Of a stretch of DNA of 32,341 nucleotides, positions 18,433 through 26,936 are shown piece by piece. The stretch is taken from NCBI GenBank assembly GCA_040770465.1, contig JAXGJB010000035.1, positions 1 to 32,341 on the forward strand, given 5' to 3'. The notes under the pieces were generated by a model, which was given only the letters and a program-made list of their open reading frames with translations, ran no database searches and had not been told where the DNA came from. Both the position numbers and the translations under genes were made by a program. Positions within the stretch are counted from its first letter, which is position 1, and each line of letters starts with the position of its first letter. Source of the DNA: Methanothrix sp. (GTDB taxonomy: Archaea > Halobacteriota > Methanosarcinia > Methanotrichales > Methanotrichaceae).

Positions 18433-18830
18433 GAGGCAGGCGATCTCTTCAATCTGGCCGGGTCCATCTGGGATTTGGGTCTCATCCCGTAGCCGTCGCC
18501 TTCTATTTGATGGCGATCTCCACCGCCATCAATCCGTAAAGCACGCAAATGGGTGGTCTGATGCTTGCGATCTGGCGACTTGTGAGAGCTTCCTGGTCTG
18601 TCCAGATAGTGCATAATCTCGGTGAGTTTCATCATCGCATCGTTGCAGGGCCGGAGGCGGCGGTATCGAGTGATGTGAGATGGAAGCCGAAGCTGAAGGT
18701 GGGGGTGGAGGCGCTTGATCATCGGCGGTTTGCCGAAACGTTTTTCGAGGTGGCGGTCTTGATATCGAGGAGGGCGAGGTGATCCGACTTAAAAGGATCT
18801 CGCAAGGATCTCGCGCGAGGTGACTTATCG

Positions 18831-19247
18831 ATGCTGGCGACGGATTGGCTTTCTGAAGGCGATTCTCTCTATTCGATGGGCAGGTACGCCGAGGCCGTCC
18901 GGGCTTATGACGAGGCCGTCCGGCTCAATCCCGAGGATGCCGATGGCTGGAATAAGAAGGGCGCAGCTCTGGCAGCTCTGGGCGACCATGCGGCGGCGAT
19001 CCGGGCCTGCGACGAGGCCATCCGGCTTGATCCTGAGTTCGCCCTGGCATGGAACAACAGAGGATTCGCCCTCAGGAATCTGGGCAGGGTTCTTGAGGCG
19101 ATCGAGGCTTACGACGAGGCCCTCCGCATAAATCCTGTGTACGTCAGGGCCTGGATTAACAAGAGCGCCGCCCTCGAAGCCCTCGGCATGAGGTCCGAGG
19201 CGGAGTCGGCCCGTGGACGGGCAAGAGAGCTGCAATCGAGGAGATAG
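18831..19247 (+). CDS. Tetratricopeptide repeat protein
   Basis: Three to four 34-aa repeats (W..KG.AL..LG...EA..AYDEA.RL.P). Confidence 0.9.
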   Translation: MLATDWLSEGDSLYSMGRYAEAVRAYDEAVRLNPEDADGWNKKGAALAALGDHAAAIRACDEAIRLDPEFALAWNNRGFALRNLGRVLEAIEAYDEALRINPVYVRAWINKSAALEALGMRSEAESARGRARELQSRR

Positions 19248-19349
19248 ACGGGATCGGTAGGATTCTGAGGCGTCCGCTTCTCAGCCGTGGCTTACAGCTG
19301 TGGCTTAATATCTTGCAGGGGCTGGCGGAAGACCGCCCGTCCGGCCGTG

Positions 19350-19479
19350 CCCGCCGGTCGGCGGGATCACCGGGCGGCTTCCTCGACGATGTCGATCTCC
19401 TTCTCCGTGAGCCCGCGAAGCTCGCGGACGAGGCCACCGATCTGCCGACCGGTCCGGTGCCATCGATCTGCCGCAGGAG
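19350..19479 (-). pseudogene. Degenerate copy of the 3' end of the Type IIG RM gene (direct repeat of ~20095-20219)
   Basis: Encodes RQIGGLVRELRGLTEKEIDIVEEAAR* versus RQIDSLVYELYGLTAEEIAIVEDATR* in the intact gene; shares the 14-mer CCCGCCGGTCGGCG beyond the stop; carries a 5-nt frameshifting insertion. Confidence 0.85.
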
Positions 19480-19529
19480 TCGGTCATTTCGCGGCTGGTC
19501 TTTTGTCGTCTCACCAACTAAACCGAGAG

Positions 19530-19736
19530 CTATTCATCTCTCTCGATCCCGGCCTCTCGCAAGATTATTGCCAAAAGCTTCACCCCGATCGTCTCGCCGT
19601 GGGGGTTTGGGATGGTGACGAGAATGTCTCCTTTGACCATGTAAGGATGCTTCGTTCCGTGATACGGCCCATCGAAGCCGAGCTTTCGGAGCCGCCGGAT
19701 CAGGTCTCGATGAGAGACGGGCAGAAGCTTAGACAA
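19530..19736 (-). CDS. hicA: HicA-family toxin
   Basis: LIRRLRKLGF...GTKH...VTIPNPH...L..ILREAGI pattern; overlaps hicB. Confidence 0.9.
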   Translation of the reverse strand: MSKLLPVSHRDLIRRLRKLGFDGPYHGTKHPYMVKGDILVTIPNPHGETIGVKLLAIILREAGIERDE

Positions 19737-19980
19737 CGGCCTCGGGCTCCGCGGAGACTTCGATAGTTTTGCCGCCGATCGTCGGTATGGCCATCCCGAG
19801 CCTCAGCCTCAGGGCGATCCATCCTTCCAGGACCTCGATGAGATCTTTGCGGCACTCCTCGATAGTCTTCCCGGTGGCGATGACGCCCTGGAGGCCCGGA
19901 ACCGTTGCGCAGTAGTCGCCCTCCTCGATCGGCTCGTACTCTGCTCGGGCGAGGGCTGCCTGTATGTACTCGGAGAACAT
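19729..19980 (-). CDS. hicB: HicB-family antitoxin (short form)
   Basis: Y.ATVPGLQGVIATGKTIEEC...L.EVLEGWI partial RNase H-fold motif. Confidence 0.9.
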   Translation of the reverse strand: MFSEYIQAALARAEYEPIEEGDYCATVPGLQGVIATGKTIEECRKDLIEVLEGWIALRLRLGMAIPTIGGKTIEVSAEPEAVV

Positions 19981-20111
19981 AGCTGGAATTTTGTTTGGCC
20001 CTCCGCCGATTTATATCCTTTTGCTGGGCTTGGGCAGAGGTTAAATGCGATCCTCTCCTCTCATCATTCAGGTTTCGTTACCGTCTGGGATCGCCCCGCC
20101 GGTCGGCGCCG

Positions 20112-23100
20112 TCACCGGGTGGCGTCCTCGACGATGGCGATCTCCTCCGCCGTCAGCCCGTAAAGCTCGTAGACGAGACTGTCGATCTGCCGATCGGTCG
20201 CCTCGATCTGCCGCGAGAGGAGGGTCTTCTCGTGGCCGGTCTTCGTCTCCGCCAGCCGCCGGTGCAGGTCCAGCATATTCTCGACGAGCTTCACCATCCG
20301 ATCGTGGCGGGCCTTTTCGGACGAATTATTTAAGTCGATGTTTGGAACAGGAAATTTCTCCAAGGTATTCGCGTTGATTTTTGGAAATGCAGCTCTGTCA
20401 AGGTTCACATTCTGACTCTTTAAATGGCTAAAACATGGGCGTGATAAAATTATACCCACAAAAAAGAAAATATTCAGAGATCTGGTATAAGTAAAACTAA
20501 ATTTTGGTATCAATGTAATTACATCGGTGTTGCATATATACGGGTTTTCGGTGAAGGTCCCATCTAAACAGTTGCCCGATGCGATACGCCTAATAAGTAT
20601 TCTTGGACCTACGAAGATTTCGGGATTTCGAGGTGCAGCGAGATTTTCACCATATTTGATCCAATCCTCCTCCCATTCAAGACTATACCGCTTTATGTTT
20701 CTGGCACGCAACAATGGGAGATAGCTATCATCAAGCTTTTCTTTTGAGTCATATATTTTTTGAATCATCATATTCCTGGTTTGGGGAGGATATCCTTTTC
20801 CCTCTTCATAGGGTTTCATTCCAAATTTGAAAATAAAATATTCTTTGAGTACAGAATTACCTTGTAATTTGGATGATTTAGAGAAGCTAATCCTAACATC
20901 TTGATTTTTGGATTCAATACTATAATTCTCGTCATATGCCCAGTTCTTGTTTTTGACAGCTAATAACCTTTCAGCTATCGCTTTTAACGATCGATCTATT
21001 CCTTTAATCATACAATTCTTCGGAAACTTATTCGTACTATCTTTCTCTGCTATTACAATCAAGGTATCGACAGTTACATTCTCAAAAACCTGATATACAT
21101 TTAAAAGTTCGTATACATTATTCTTTATGAATAAGAATTCGCGTAATTTATTGTCGAAATCTGTCGAAAGCCAGTAATTAGGTACAATCATCCCGAGCCT
21201 ACCGTCACGATTTAACAACTTAACCGCTTTCTCCAAAAATAGGCCATATGTGTTTAGTTGATACTCAGCAGTTCCAAATTTATCCTGATAATAGCTCTTA
21301 TCGAATTTCTCTAAAAGTCCTGATCGGGACTGTATATAAGGCGGATTCCCGATCACAGCATTGAACCCGCCCCGGCTCATGATCTCGGGAAACTCCATCT
21401 CCCAGTCGAAGGGGTTGATCCTCTCGATCTCCTCCTCGCTCATACCGGGATTTGACTCCAGGATGTCCCACCCGATCAGCGAGTTACCGCACTTGACGTT
21501 CTCGCCCAGGTCGGGGAGCGCCCGCTCCTGGAAGAGCTTCAGCTGCTTGGAGAGGGTCTCCTCGCTCTCCCCCTCCAGGACCTTCAGGTGGAGGGAGAGC
21601 TTCGTCACCTCCACCGCCTGGGGGTCGATGTCCACGCCGTAGATGTTGTTCAGGAGGATCCGCTTTCTCTCCTCGGTCGTCAGCTTCCACTCGCCGCCCT
21701 TGGCCTGGAAGATGGGAAAGGGGCTCTCGTTCTCCTCGGCCTTTCCCTTCCTCGTCTTGTTTCCCCTCCTCGTTCCAGCCCCGGAGGCAGCGCCGCCGCC
21801 GGGCAGAAGGGCGGCGACCTCCTTCGAGGTGGCTGGCCGGCCTGTCTCCAGGAGGGGGACGAGCTTCTCGACGTACCAGTCCCGGTGCCAGTCCAGAAGC
21901 TTCTGGTACGCGCCGATGAGAAATGATCCTGAGCCGCAGGCGGGATCGAGGATGCGGAGGTCTGAGGCGGCGGCGGGGGTCTGCCCTTCGAGGAGCTTTC
22001 CGACGGTGTTCTCGACGATGTACTCCACGATGTACGCCGGGGTGTAGTAGACGCCTCCCGCCTTCCTCACCTCGGGCTTGTACTCCACCTTCGCCCGATG
22101 CCCCGGAGTCAGGCTGATCACCTTCCCCAGGAACTGCTCGTAGACCTGCCCCAGAATCTCCGGCGGGACGACCGAGAACTCGTAGGGGCTGTCGGGATAG
22201 TAGAGATCTTTTATGATCTCTTTGAGGATCTTGTCGTCGATAACGAGGCTCGGGGTCAGCTCGTCGGGCGGCTCCTTGCGGGCCGGGTCGTCGGCGAAGG
22301 CGAAGAGGCCGGAGTTGTACCGCTCGTCGGCCCGCAGGAATAGCTCGACGAGCCTCGGGTAGACCCGGGGGCCTTCAAGGAGGGACTGGAGCCACCCGTA
22401 CTTCTCGATCCCCCGATCCTCGCAGATCCGGAGGAAGACGATCCGATCGATCGTCCGCTGGACGGCGAAGTTCAGCTCCCGGGTGGTGAGGTCGGGATTC
22501 CGGAGCGCGATGTTTCGCGCCAGCTGGTCCCTCCAGCTCTCGATGTCCTTCAGGAAGGCGGCGTCCACCTCCGCCGTCCCCCGTTTCGCCCTGGTCGACT
22601 CGACGTACCGGTCGAAAGAGCCCTTCAGCACCTCCTCCCGCGAGAAGATCGAGGCGATCTCGTCCCACCGGTCGACGTACTCCTTGTAGGTGAGGTACTT
22701 GACCCGGGCCTTCGACGCCTTGTCGCTTTTCTCCGGCTTGATCCTGCCGTCGTAGACCGCCAGCTCCTCGAAGTCGGTCAGAATCCCCAGGGGAAGATGT
22801 TTTGCAGACCAGGAGTAGCGGCGGAGCTGGAAGGCCGGGCTGATCTCGTCTTTGAGGTTGACAGAGGGCTTCTTCGCCTCGACGAAGAACTTCCGGACGC
22901 CCCCGATCCTAAAACAGTAGTCGGGAGCCTTGACGGTCGACCCCACCTTTATGGCGTCCTCGTGGACCACGTCCTTGTACGCCTCGGCGTATCCCCGCTC
23001 GTTGTCCACGTCCCAGCCCAGGGCCTTGAAGAACGGGTCGATGAACTCCCGCCGCAGCTGGGTCTCGTTGTACCGTCCCGATCGGTAGGATTCGACGTTC

Positions 23101-23147
23101 CTCTCGAACCGCTCCACCAGCTCCTCGATCTCCCTGGGCGCCGCCAA
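20112..23147 (-). CDS. Type IIG restriction-modification enzyme (REase + N6-adenine MTase + TaqI-like C-terminal specificity domain)
   Basis: N-terminal PD...EAK nuclease (APDY..FFVEAKKP), GVYYTP, motif I ILDPACGSGSF, motif IV GNPPY, and terminal ID.LVYELYGLT.EEI helix. Confidence 0.93.
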   Translation of the reverse strand: MAAPREIEELVERFERNVESYRSGRYNETQLRREFIDPFFKALGWDVDNERGYAEAYKDVVHEDAIKVGSTVKAPDYCFRIGGVRKFFVEAKKPSVNLKDEISPAFQLRRYSWSAKHLPLGILTDFEELAVYDGRIKPEKSDKASKARVKYLTYKEYVDRWDEIASIFSREEVLKGSFDRYVESTRAKRGTAEVDAAFLKDIESWRDQLARNIALRNPDLTTRELNFAVQRTIDRIVFLRICEDRGIEKYGWLQSLLEGPRVYPRLVELFLRADERYNSGLFAFADDPARKEPPDELTPSLVIDDKILKEIIKDLYYPDSPYEFSVVPPEILGQVYEQFLGKVISLTPGHRAKVEYKPEVRKAGGVYYTPAYIVEYIVENTVGKLLEGQTPAAASDLRILDPACGSGSFLIGAYQKLLDWHRDWYVEKLVPLLETGRPATSKEVAALLPGGGAASGAGTRRGNKTRKGKAEENESPFPIFQAKGGEWKLTTEERKRILLNNIYGVDIDPQAVEVTKLSLHLKVLEGESEETLSKQLKLFQERALPDLGENVKCGNSLIGWDILESNPGMSEEEIERINPFDWEMEFPEIMSRGGFNAVIGNPPYIQSRSGLLEKFDKSYYQDKFGTAEYQLNTYGLFLEKAVKLLNRDGRLGMIVPNYWLSTDFDNKLREFLFIKNNVYELLNVYQVFENVTVDTLIVIAEKDSTNKFPKNCMIKGIDRSLKAIAERLLAVKNKNWAYDENYSIESKNQDVRISFSKSSKLQGNSVLKEYFIFKFGMKPYEEGKGYPPQTRNMMIQKIYDSKEKLDDSYLPLLRARNIKRYSLEWEEDWIKYGENLAAPRNPEIFVGPRILIRRIASGNCLDGTFTENPYICNTDVITLIPKFSFTYTRSLNIFFFVGIILSRPCFSHLKSQNVNLDRAAFPKINANTLEKFPVPNIDLNNSSEKARHDRMVKLVENMLDLHRRLAETKTGHEKTLLSRQIEATDRQIDSLVYELYGLTAEEIAIVEDATR

Positions 23148-23272
23148 CTCTTCTTCCTCCGCCTTCAGATCCGCAGATCAAAGGATAAAATTGTCGGATG
23201 AAGGCCGAGGCAGGGAGATGAGATCGAAATGAAGGAAAAACAGATGGGGAAAACGGTAATAGAAGTTAAAGG

Positions 23273-23312
23273 GTCCAAGGTCCGCCTGAGGGTTCAGGCG
23301 GTGATCTTGGAC
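23273..23312. other. Inverted repeat/hairpin spanning the stop codon of DUF1699 copy A
   Basis: GTCCAAG-gt-CCGCCTGA-gggt-TCAGGCGG-tgat-CTTGGAC. Confidence 0.8.
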
Positions 23313-23701
23313 TTGGCGATGTACTTGATCAGGTCGGGGGCGAGCCTCGTCTTCCTCTGGATCGTGGCGGCCGCATCCTCTATGCTCTCGCCTTCCTTGA
23401 TGAGGTTGCCGATCTCCTCGATCGCCTCTTCGTCTACGACGTAGTACTCGTCGATGTCTTTTCTGTGTCCCCAGACGTCGCCCTCCAGAAGGTCGATCCC
23501 CTGCATCTCGAGGAAGAGCTTGATCGCCTTGGACATGGTCTTGTGGTAGGATGGCGGAACCTGTACGGCCCTCAGCCTCGGGCAGCTTCTCATCAGGTCG
23601 AGGAAGTCGACGTTCGAGGGCCTGAAGGCCAGGTGGACGATCCTCTCGTTCGGGTTCAGCTCACTGATCTCGTCTTTTGAACTCACAACTCTAATTCTCA
23701 T
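23294..23701 (-). CDS. DUF1699-family protein (copy A)
   Basis: RVVSSK.EI..LN.NE..VHLAFRPSN...CP.L...EGDVWGHRKDI.EYY signature, 135 aa. Confidence 0.9.
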   Translation of the reverse strand: MRIRVVSSKDEISELNPNERIVHLAFRPSNVDFLDLMRSCPRLRAVQVPPSYHKTMSKAIKLFLEMQGIDLLEGDVWGHRKDIDEYYVVDEEAIEEIGNLIKEGESIEDAAATIQRKTRLAPDLIKYIAKSKITA

Positions 23702-23739
23702 GCAAATTCACCTCAACAAATACTAGGATGTAAATTCAA

Positions 23740-23770
23740 GTATTAATAGTCAATTGCGTTGTATACTAAC
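23740..23770 (-). promoter_or_regulatory. Promoter (TATA/BRE-like) plus conserved GTTAGTATAC box, DUF1699 copy A
   Basis: Plus strand GTATTAATAGTCAATT, then GTATACTAAC starting 21 nt further on; same spacing as copy B. Confidence 0.65.
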
Positions 23771-24154
23771 GTCCAGATTGAACGCAAATTCGATGATGAT
23801 GGGCTTGTAGCACGTTCTCCAGATGGACAGATCCGACCTCTTCTATCCCAAAAGATCCCATCTTCTCACTCTGATCTTGCGAGATTAAAGTGTCTGGTGG
23901 CCAAGTTCACAATCAAATCCTTTTCTCAATCGGTCCAGCCCAGGAGATGGGAGGGATCTCCAAAGGAAGCTCTGCCTGCGGATTCGATGGGGTTGGAGAT
24001 AATTCTCAAAGAGAGCGGGCTGAGCGCGTGGCCGGCCTCGGGACGGGATGGATGACTGATCTCAGAATGGATCAGATAATGGTGCCAAGAAAAGGGTTGG
24101 GGGTTGAAGTTGAGAAAAGCGCCAGCGATCGGGCATCAATTTCGAACTTCGAGA

Positions 24155-24198
24155 AGGTTTGAGGACCGCCTGAGGTTTCAGGCGGTGATCTTGGACCT
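24155..24198. other. Inverted repeat/hairpin spanning the stop codon of DUF1699 copy B
   Basis: AGGTTTGAG-g-ACCGCCTGA-ggtt-TCAGGCGGT-gat-CTTGGACCT. Confidence 0.8.
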
Positions 24199-24585
24199 GG
24201 CGATGTACTTGATCAGGTCGGGAGCAAGCCTCGTCTTCCTCTGGATCGCGGCCGTCGCATCCTCGATGCTCTCTCCCCCTTTGATCAGGGTTCCTATCTC
24301 GTCGATCGCCTCTTCATCGACTACGTAGTACTCGTCGATGTCCTTTCTGTGACCCCAGACGTCCCCTTCAAGGAGGGTGATCCCCTGCATCTCCAGGAAG
24401 AGCGTGATCGCCCGGGAGAGGGTCTTGTGGTAGGATGGGGGCACCTGGACGGTTCTCAGCCGCGGGCACGCCCTGATCAGGTCGAGGAAGTCGACGTTCG
24501 AGGGCCTGAAGGCCAGGTGGACGTTCCTCTCGTTCGAACCGAGCTTTGATATCTCCTCTTTTGAGCTGACTACTCTTATCTTCAT
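24178..24585 (-). CDS. DUF1699-family protein (copy B)
   Basis: Same signature, 135 aa. Confidence 0.9.
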   Translation of the reverse strand: MKIRVVSSKEEISKLGSNERNVHLAFRPSNVDFLDLIRACPRLRTVQVPPSYHKTLSRAITLFLEMQGITLLEGDVWGHRKDIDEYYVVDEEAIDEIGTLIKGGESIEDATAAIQRKTRLAPDLIKYIARSKITA

Positions 24586-24622
24586 GGTCTTTCACCTTTA
24601 CAATTGCTGATCTGTTATCAAA

Positions 24623-24653
24623 GTATTTATAGTCACTTACGATGTATACTAAC
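24623..24653 (-). promoter_or_regulatory. Promoter plus GTTAGTATAC box, DUF1699 copy B
   Basis: Plus strand GTATTTATAGTCACTT...GTATACTAAC. Confidence 0.65.
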
Positions 24654-24939
24654 TCCCATATTGCTTTTGTTCCATGATAACAGGTTGCATGGGGCATCGA
24701 ACCCATGCTGGATAATCTCGTTCTATTCCCAAAATCAGACCTCCTTTTATTCCGTCTTGCGCGATTAAAAGAGGCTCATCCGCCAAGCCGAACTCGGTCG
24801 GTCTCCATCACCACCGCCCTTCCGGCAGAGGCGGCGTCTCGGTGGAGGGAAGGGGATCGAAAAGAGGCACCGGGAAATTTCGAGGGAGGGCCGCAACGTA
24901 CAAATGTATATGGACGGCCCACCCGGCGAGGCCGAAATC

Positions 24940-24982
24940 GGGTCAAAGTCCGCCTGAGGTTTCAGGCGGTGATCTTGGACTT
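24940..24982. other. Inverted repeat/hairpin spanning the stop codon of DUF1699 copy C
   Basis: GGGTCAAAG-t-CCGCCTGA-ggtt-TCAGGCGG-tgat-CTTGGACTT. Confidence 0.8.
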
Positions 24983-25369
24983 GGCGATGTACCTGATCAG
25001 ATCGGCAGCCAGCCTCGTCTTCTTCATGATCTGGTCTGCAGTATCGTCGATGCTCACGCCGCTGGCGATCATCGTCTCGATCTCGCCGATCGTCTCATCG
25101 TCGACCATGTAGTACTCGTCGATGTCCTTCCTGTGCCCCCAGACGTCCCCTTCGAGCAGCTCGATCCCCTGCATCTCCAGGAAGACCTTGATCGCCTTGG
25201 ACATGGTCTTGTGATAGGAGGGTGGAACCTGGATCGCCCGAAGGCGGGGACATCTCTTCATCAGGGAGAGAAAGTCCACGTTCGACGGCCTGAAGGCCAG
25301 ATGGACCATCCTCTCGTTCGGGTTAAGATCCGGTATCTCATTTTTTGAGCTAACAACTCTGATTTTCAT
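24962..25369 (-). CDS. DUF1699-family protein (copy C)
   Basis: Same signature, 135 aa. Confidence 0.9.
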   Translation of the reverse strand: MKIRVVSSKNEIPDLNPNERMVHLAFRPSNVDFLSLMKRCPRLRAIQVPPSYHKTMSKAIKVFLEMQGIELLEGDVWGHRKDIDEYYMVDDETIGEIETMIASGVSIDDTADQIMKKTRLAADLIRYIAKSKITA

Positions 25370-25406
25370 GACCTTTCACCTCAACAATTGCCAAGATGTA
25401 GTTCCG

Positions 25407-25422
25407 GTATTAATAGATACTT
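25407..25422 (-). promoter_or_regulatory. Promoter, DUF1699 copy C
   Basis: Plus strand GTATTAATAGATACTT, 38 nt from the ATG, as in copies A and B. Confidence 0.6.
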
Positions 25423-25631
25423 GTATAAACCTCATTGAAGGGAAATCGAAGCTCCACGATCTGGTGGGCGATTATAACAGGGATAAAGACATACCGGATG
25501 GATGGATGAAGATCCATCTGGCTCATCAAAAAGGGGGCAAGAAGTCAGCATCTGCCTGTCATCACCAAGGACGAGCAAAACCCGAGAAGAGGGGGTGAAG
25601 GAGGCCTCCGCTCCTCGTCCCATTCATCATT

Positions 25632-26039
25632 TCACGCTTGAACTTTGGATTTGGCTATATATTTGATCATGTCGGGGGCGAGCCTCGTCTTCTTCGTGAT
25701 CAGGTCGGCGGCCTCATCGATGCTCGCTCCCCCCGAGACCATGGTTTCGATCTCGCCGATCGTCTCGTCCTCGATCATGAAGTACTCGTCGATGTCCTTC
25801 CTGTGCCCCCAGACGTCCCCTTCCAATAGCTCGATCCCCTGCATCTCCAGGAAGAGCTCGATCGCCTTGGACATGGTCTTATGATAAGAGGGGGGAACCT
25901 GGATCGCCCGGAGCCGGGGGCATATCTTCATCAGGTTGAGGAGGTCGACGTTTGAGGCCCTGAAGGCCAGATGAACTATCCTCTCGTTTGGGTTCAGGCT
26001 GGTTATCTCATTTTTTGAGCTCACAACTCTAACTCTCAT
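25632..26039 (-). CDS. DUF1699-family protein (copy D)
   Basis: Same signature, 135 aa, with a divergent C-terminus (KVQA). Confidence 0.9.
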   Translation of the reverse strand: MRVRVVSSKNEITSLNPNERIVHLAFRASNVDLLNLMKICPRLRAIQVPPSYHKTMSKAIELFLEMQGIELLEGDVWGHRKDIDEYFMIEDETIGEIETMVSGGASIDEAADLITKKTRLAPDMIKYIAKSKVQA

Positions 26040-26070
26040 GAATCCTCACGACCGGCGAGATGAAAACAAA

Positions 26071-26101
26071 ATACTAATAGACACTTGTGGCGTTCACTAA
26101 T
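26071..26101 (-). promoter_or_regulatory. Promoter plus degenerate box, DUF1699 copy D
   Basis: Plus strand ATACTAATAGACACTT and GTTCACTAAT at the same +21 offset. Confidence 0.5.
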
Positions 26102-26642
26102 GTTCATATCCATATGCATCGACCTAAATCTTTCAATTCGGAGGTCCTGGATATCCCCGTTTATGCGGTCGTGGAGGACCATTCCGACGAAGATTTTGGG
26201 GTCTCAAATTCGTGGACGGAGGGCCAACTTCGCATAACAATTTCACGAAACTTCACAACCATTTAAATGACCGACTTCCGAAATGGCGGCCAAAGCCCGC
26301 AGGTAAGTCGCAGTCATCGATCCGAAAGAAAAGTCGGCACTTTGGATGCGGGGTTCCCATTAACGATCGATCCTGATGCGGTGGCGGGTTTCGCGTAGAT
26401 GCGCCCCTCCCGTCGAGTTTCCTCCTCCTCTTCCTTCCGGCTCATCCCCGGTCCCCCCATGCTCCAAAGTTCCCATCAAAAGGATGATAACGGGGCGGTC
26501 CAATAGACCCACGAATAGACCCAAGAAGCGATATGCAAGGGCCCTGAGGCGCTGGACCTCTTTCAATCTGCCGACCCCTCCACCAGGTTTAAATAAGTTA
26601 TAATAATCCCTCCTAGGAGAACGATCCAGGCTGGTAATCCTT

Positions 26643-26915
26643 ATGAACATTGACGAGATAGTCCGGTGGGTCCTCAGCGTAGATCGGCGCCTTCTCTTGA
26701 TGAGGACGATCCGAAATTCCAGGGTGGTTAAAGCATCCGAGGTGGCTCAGTTGACAGATAGATCGATCCAGAATATAAGCCGCGCATTGAAGGAGTGCGA
26801 AGAGCTGGACCTGGTCAGATGCATAACCCCCGAGAAGCATACCTGGAAGAAGTATATGCTCACCGATCTGGGACATGTCGTCTTGAGGGAGCTTGAAAGA
26901 TTCGAAATGATCTGA
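26643..26915 (+). CDS. Winged helix-turn-helix regulator (MarR/ArsR-like)
   Basis: ASEVAQLTDRSIQNISRALKECEELDLV...YMLTDLG wHTH pattern. Confidence 0.85.
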   Translation: MNIDEIVRWVLSVDRRLLLMRTIRNSRVVKASEVAQLTDRSIQNISRALKECEELDLVRCITPEKHTWKKYMLTDLGHVVLRELERFEMI

Positions 26916-26936
26916 CGGAATTAGAAGGTTGATCTC

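Noticed and set aside
18549-18782. 77-aa ORF before the TPR gene
   Set aside because: No recognisable domain or RBS; cannot be supported from sequence alone.
23271-26101. Integron or CRISPR interpretation of the DUF1699 array
   Set aside because: No integrase or cas gene is in the window, the genes are paralogs with their own promoters, and no canonical attC core sites were identified. Only the hairpin geometry is retained as a finding.
26360-26650. ORFs of 75-96 aa in the DUF1699-wHTH intergenic region
   Set aside because: They overlap promoter-like AT tracts or the wHTH start, are low-complexity and show no family signal.
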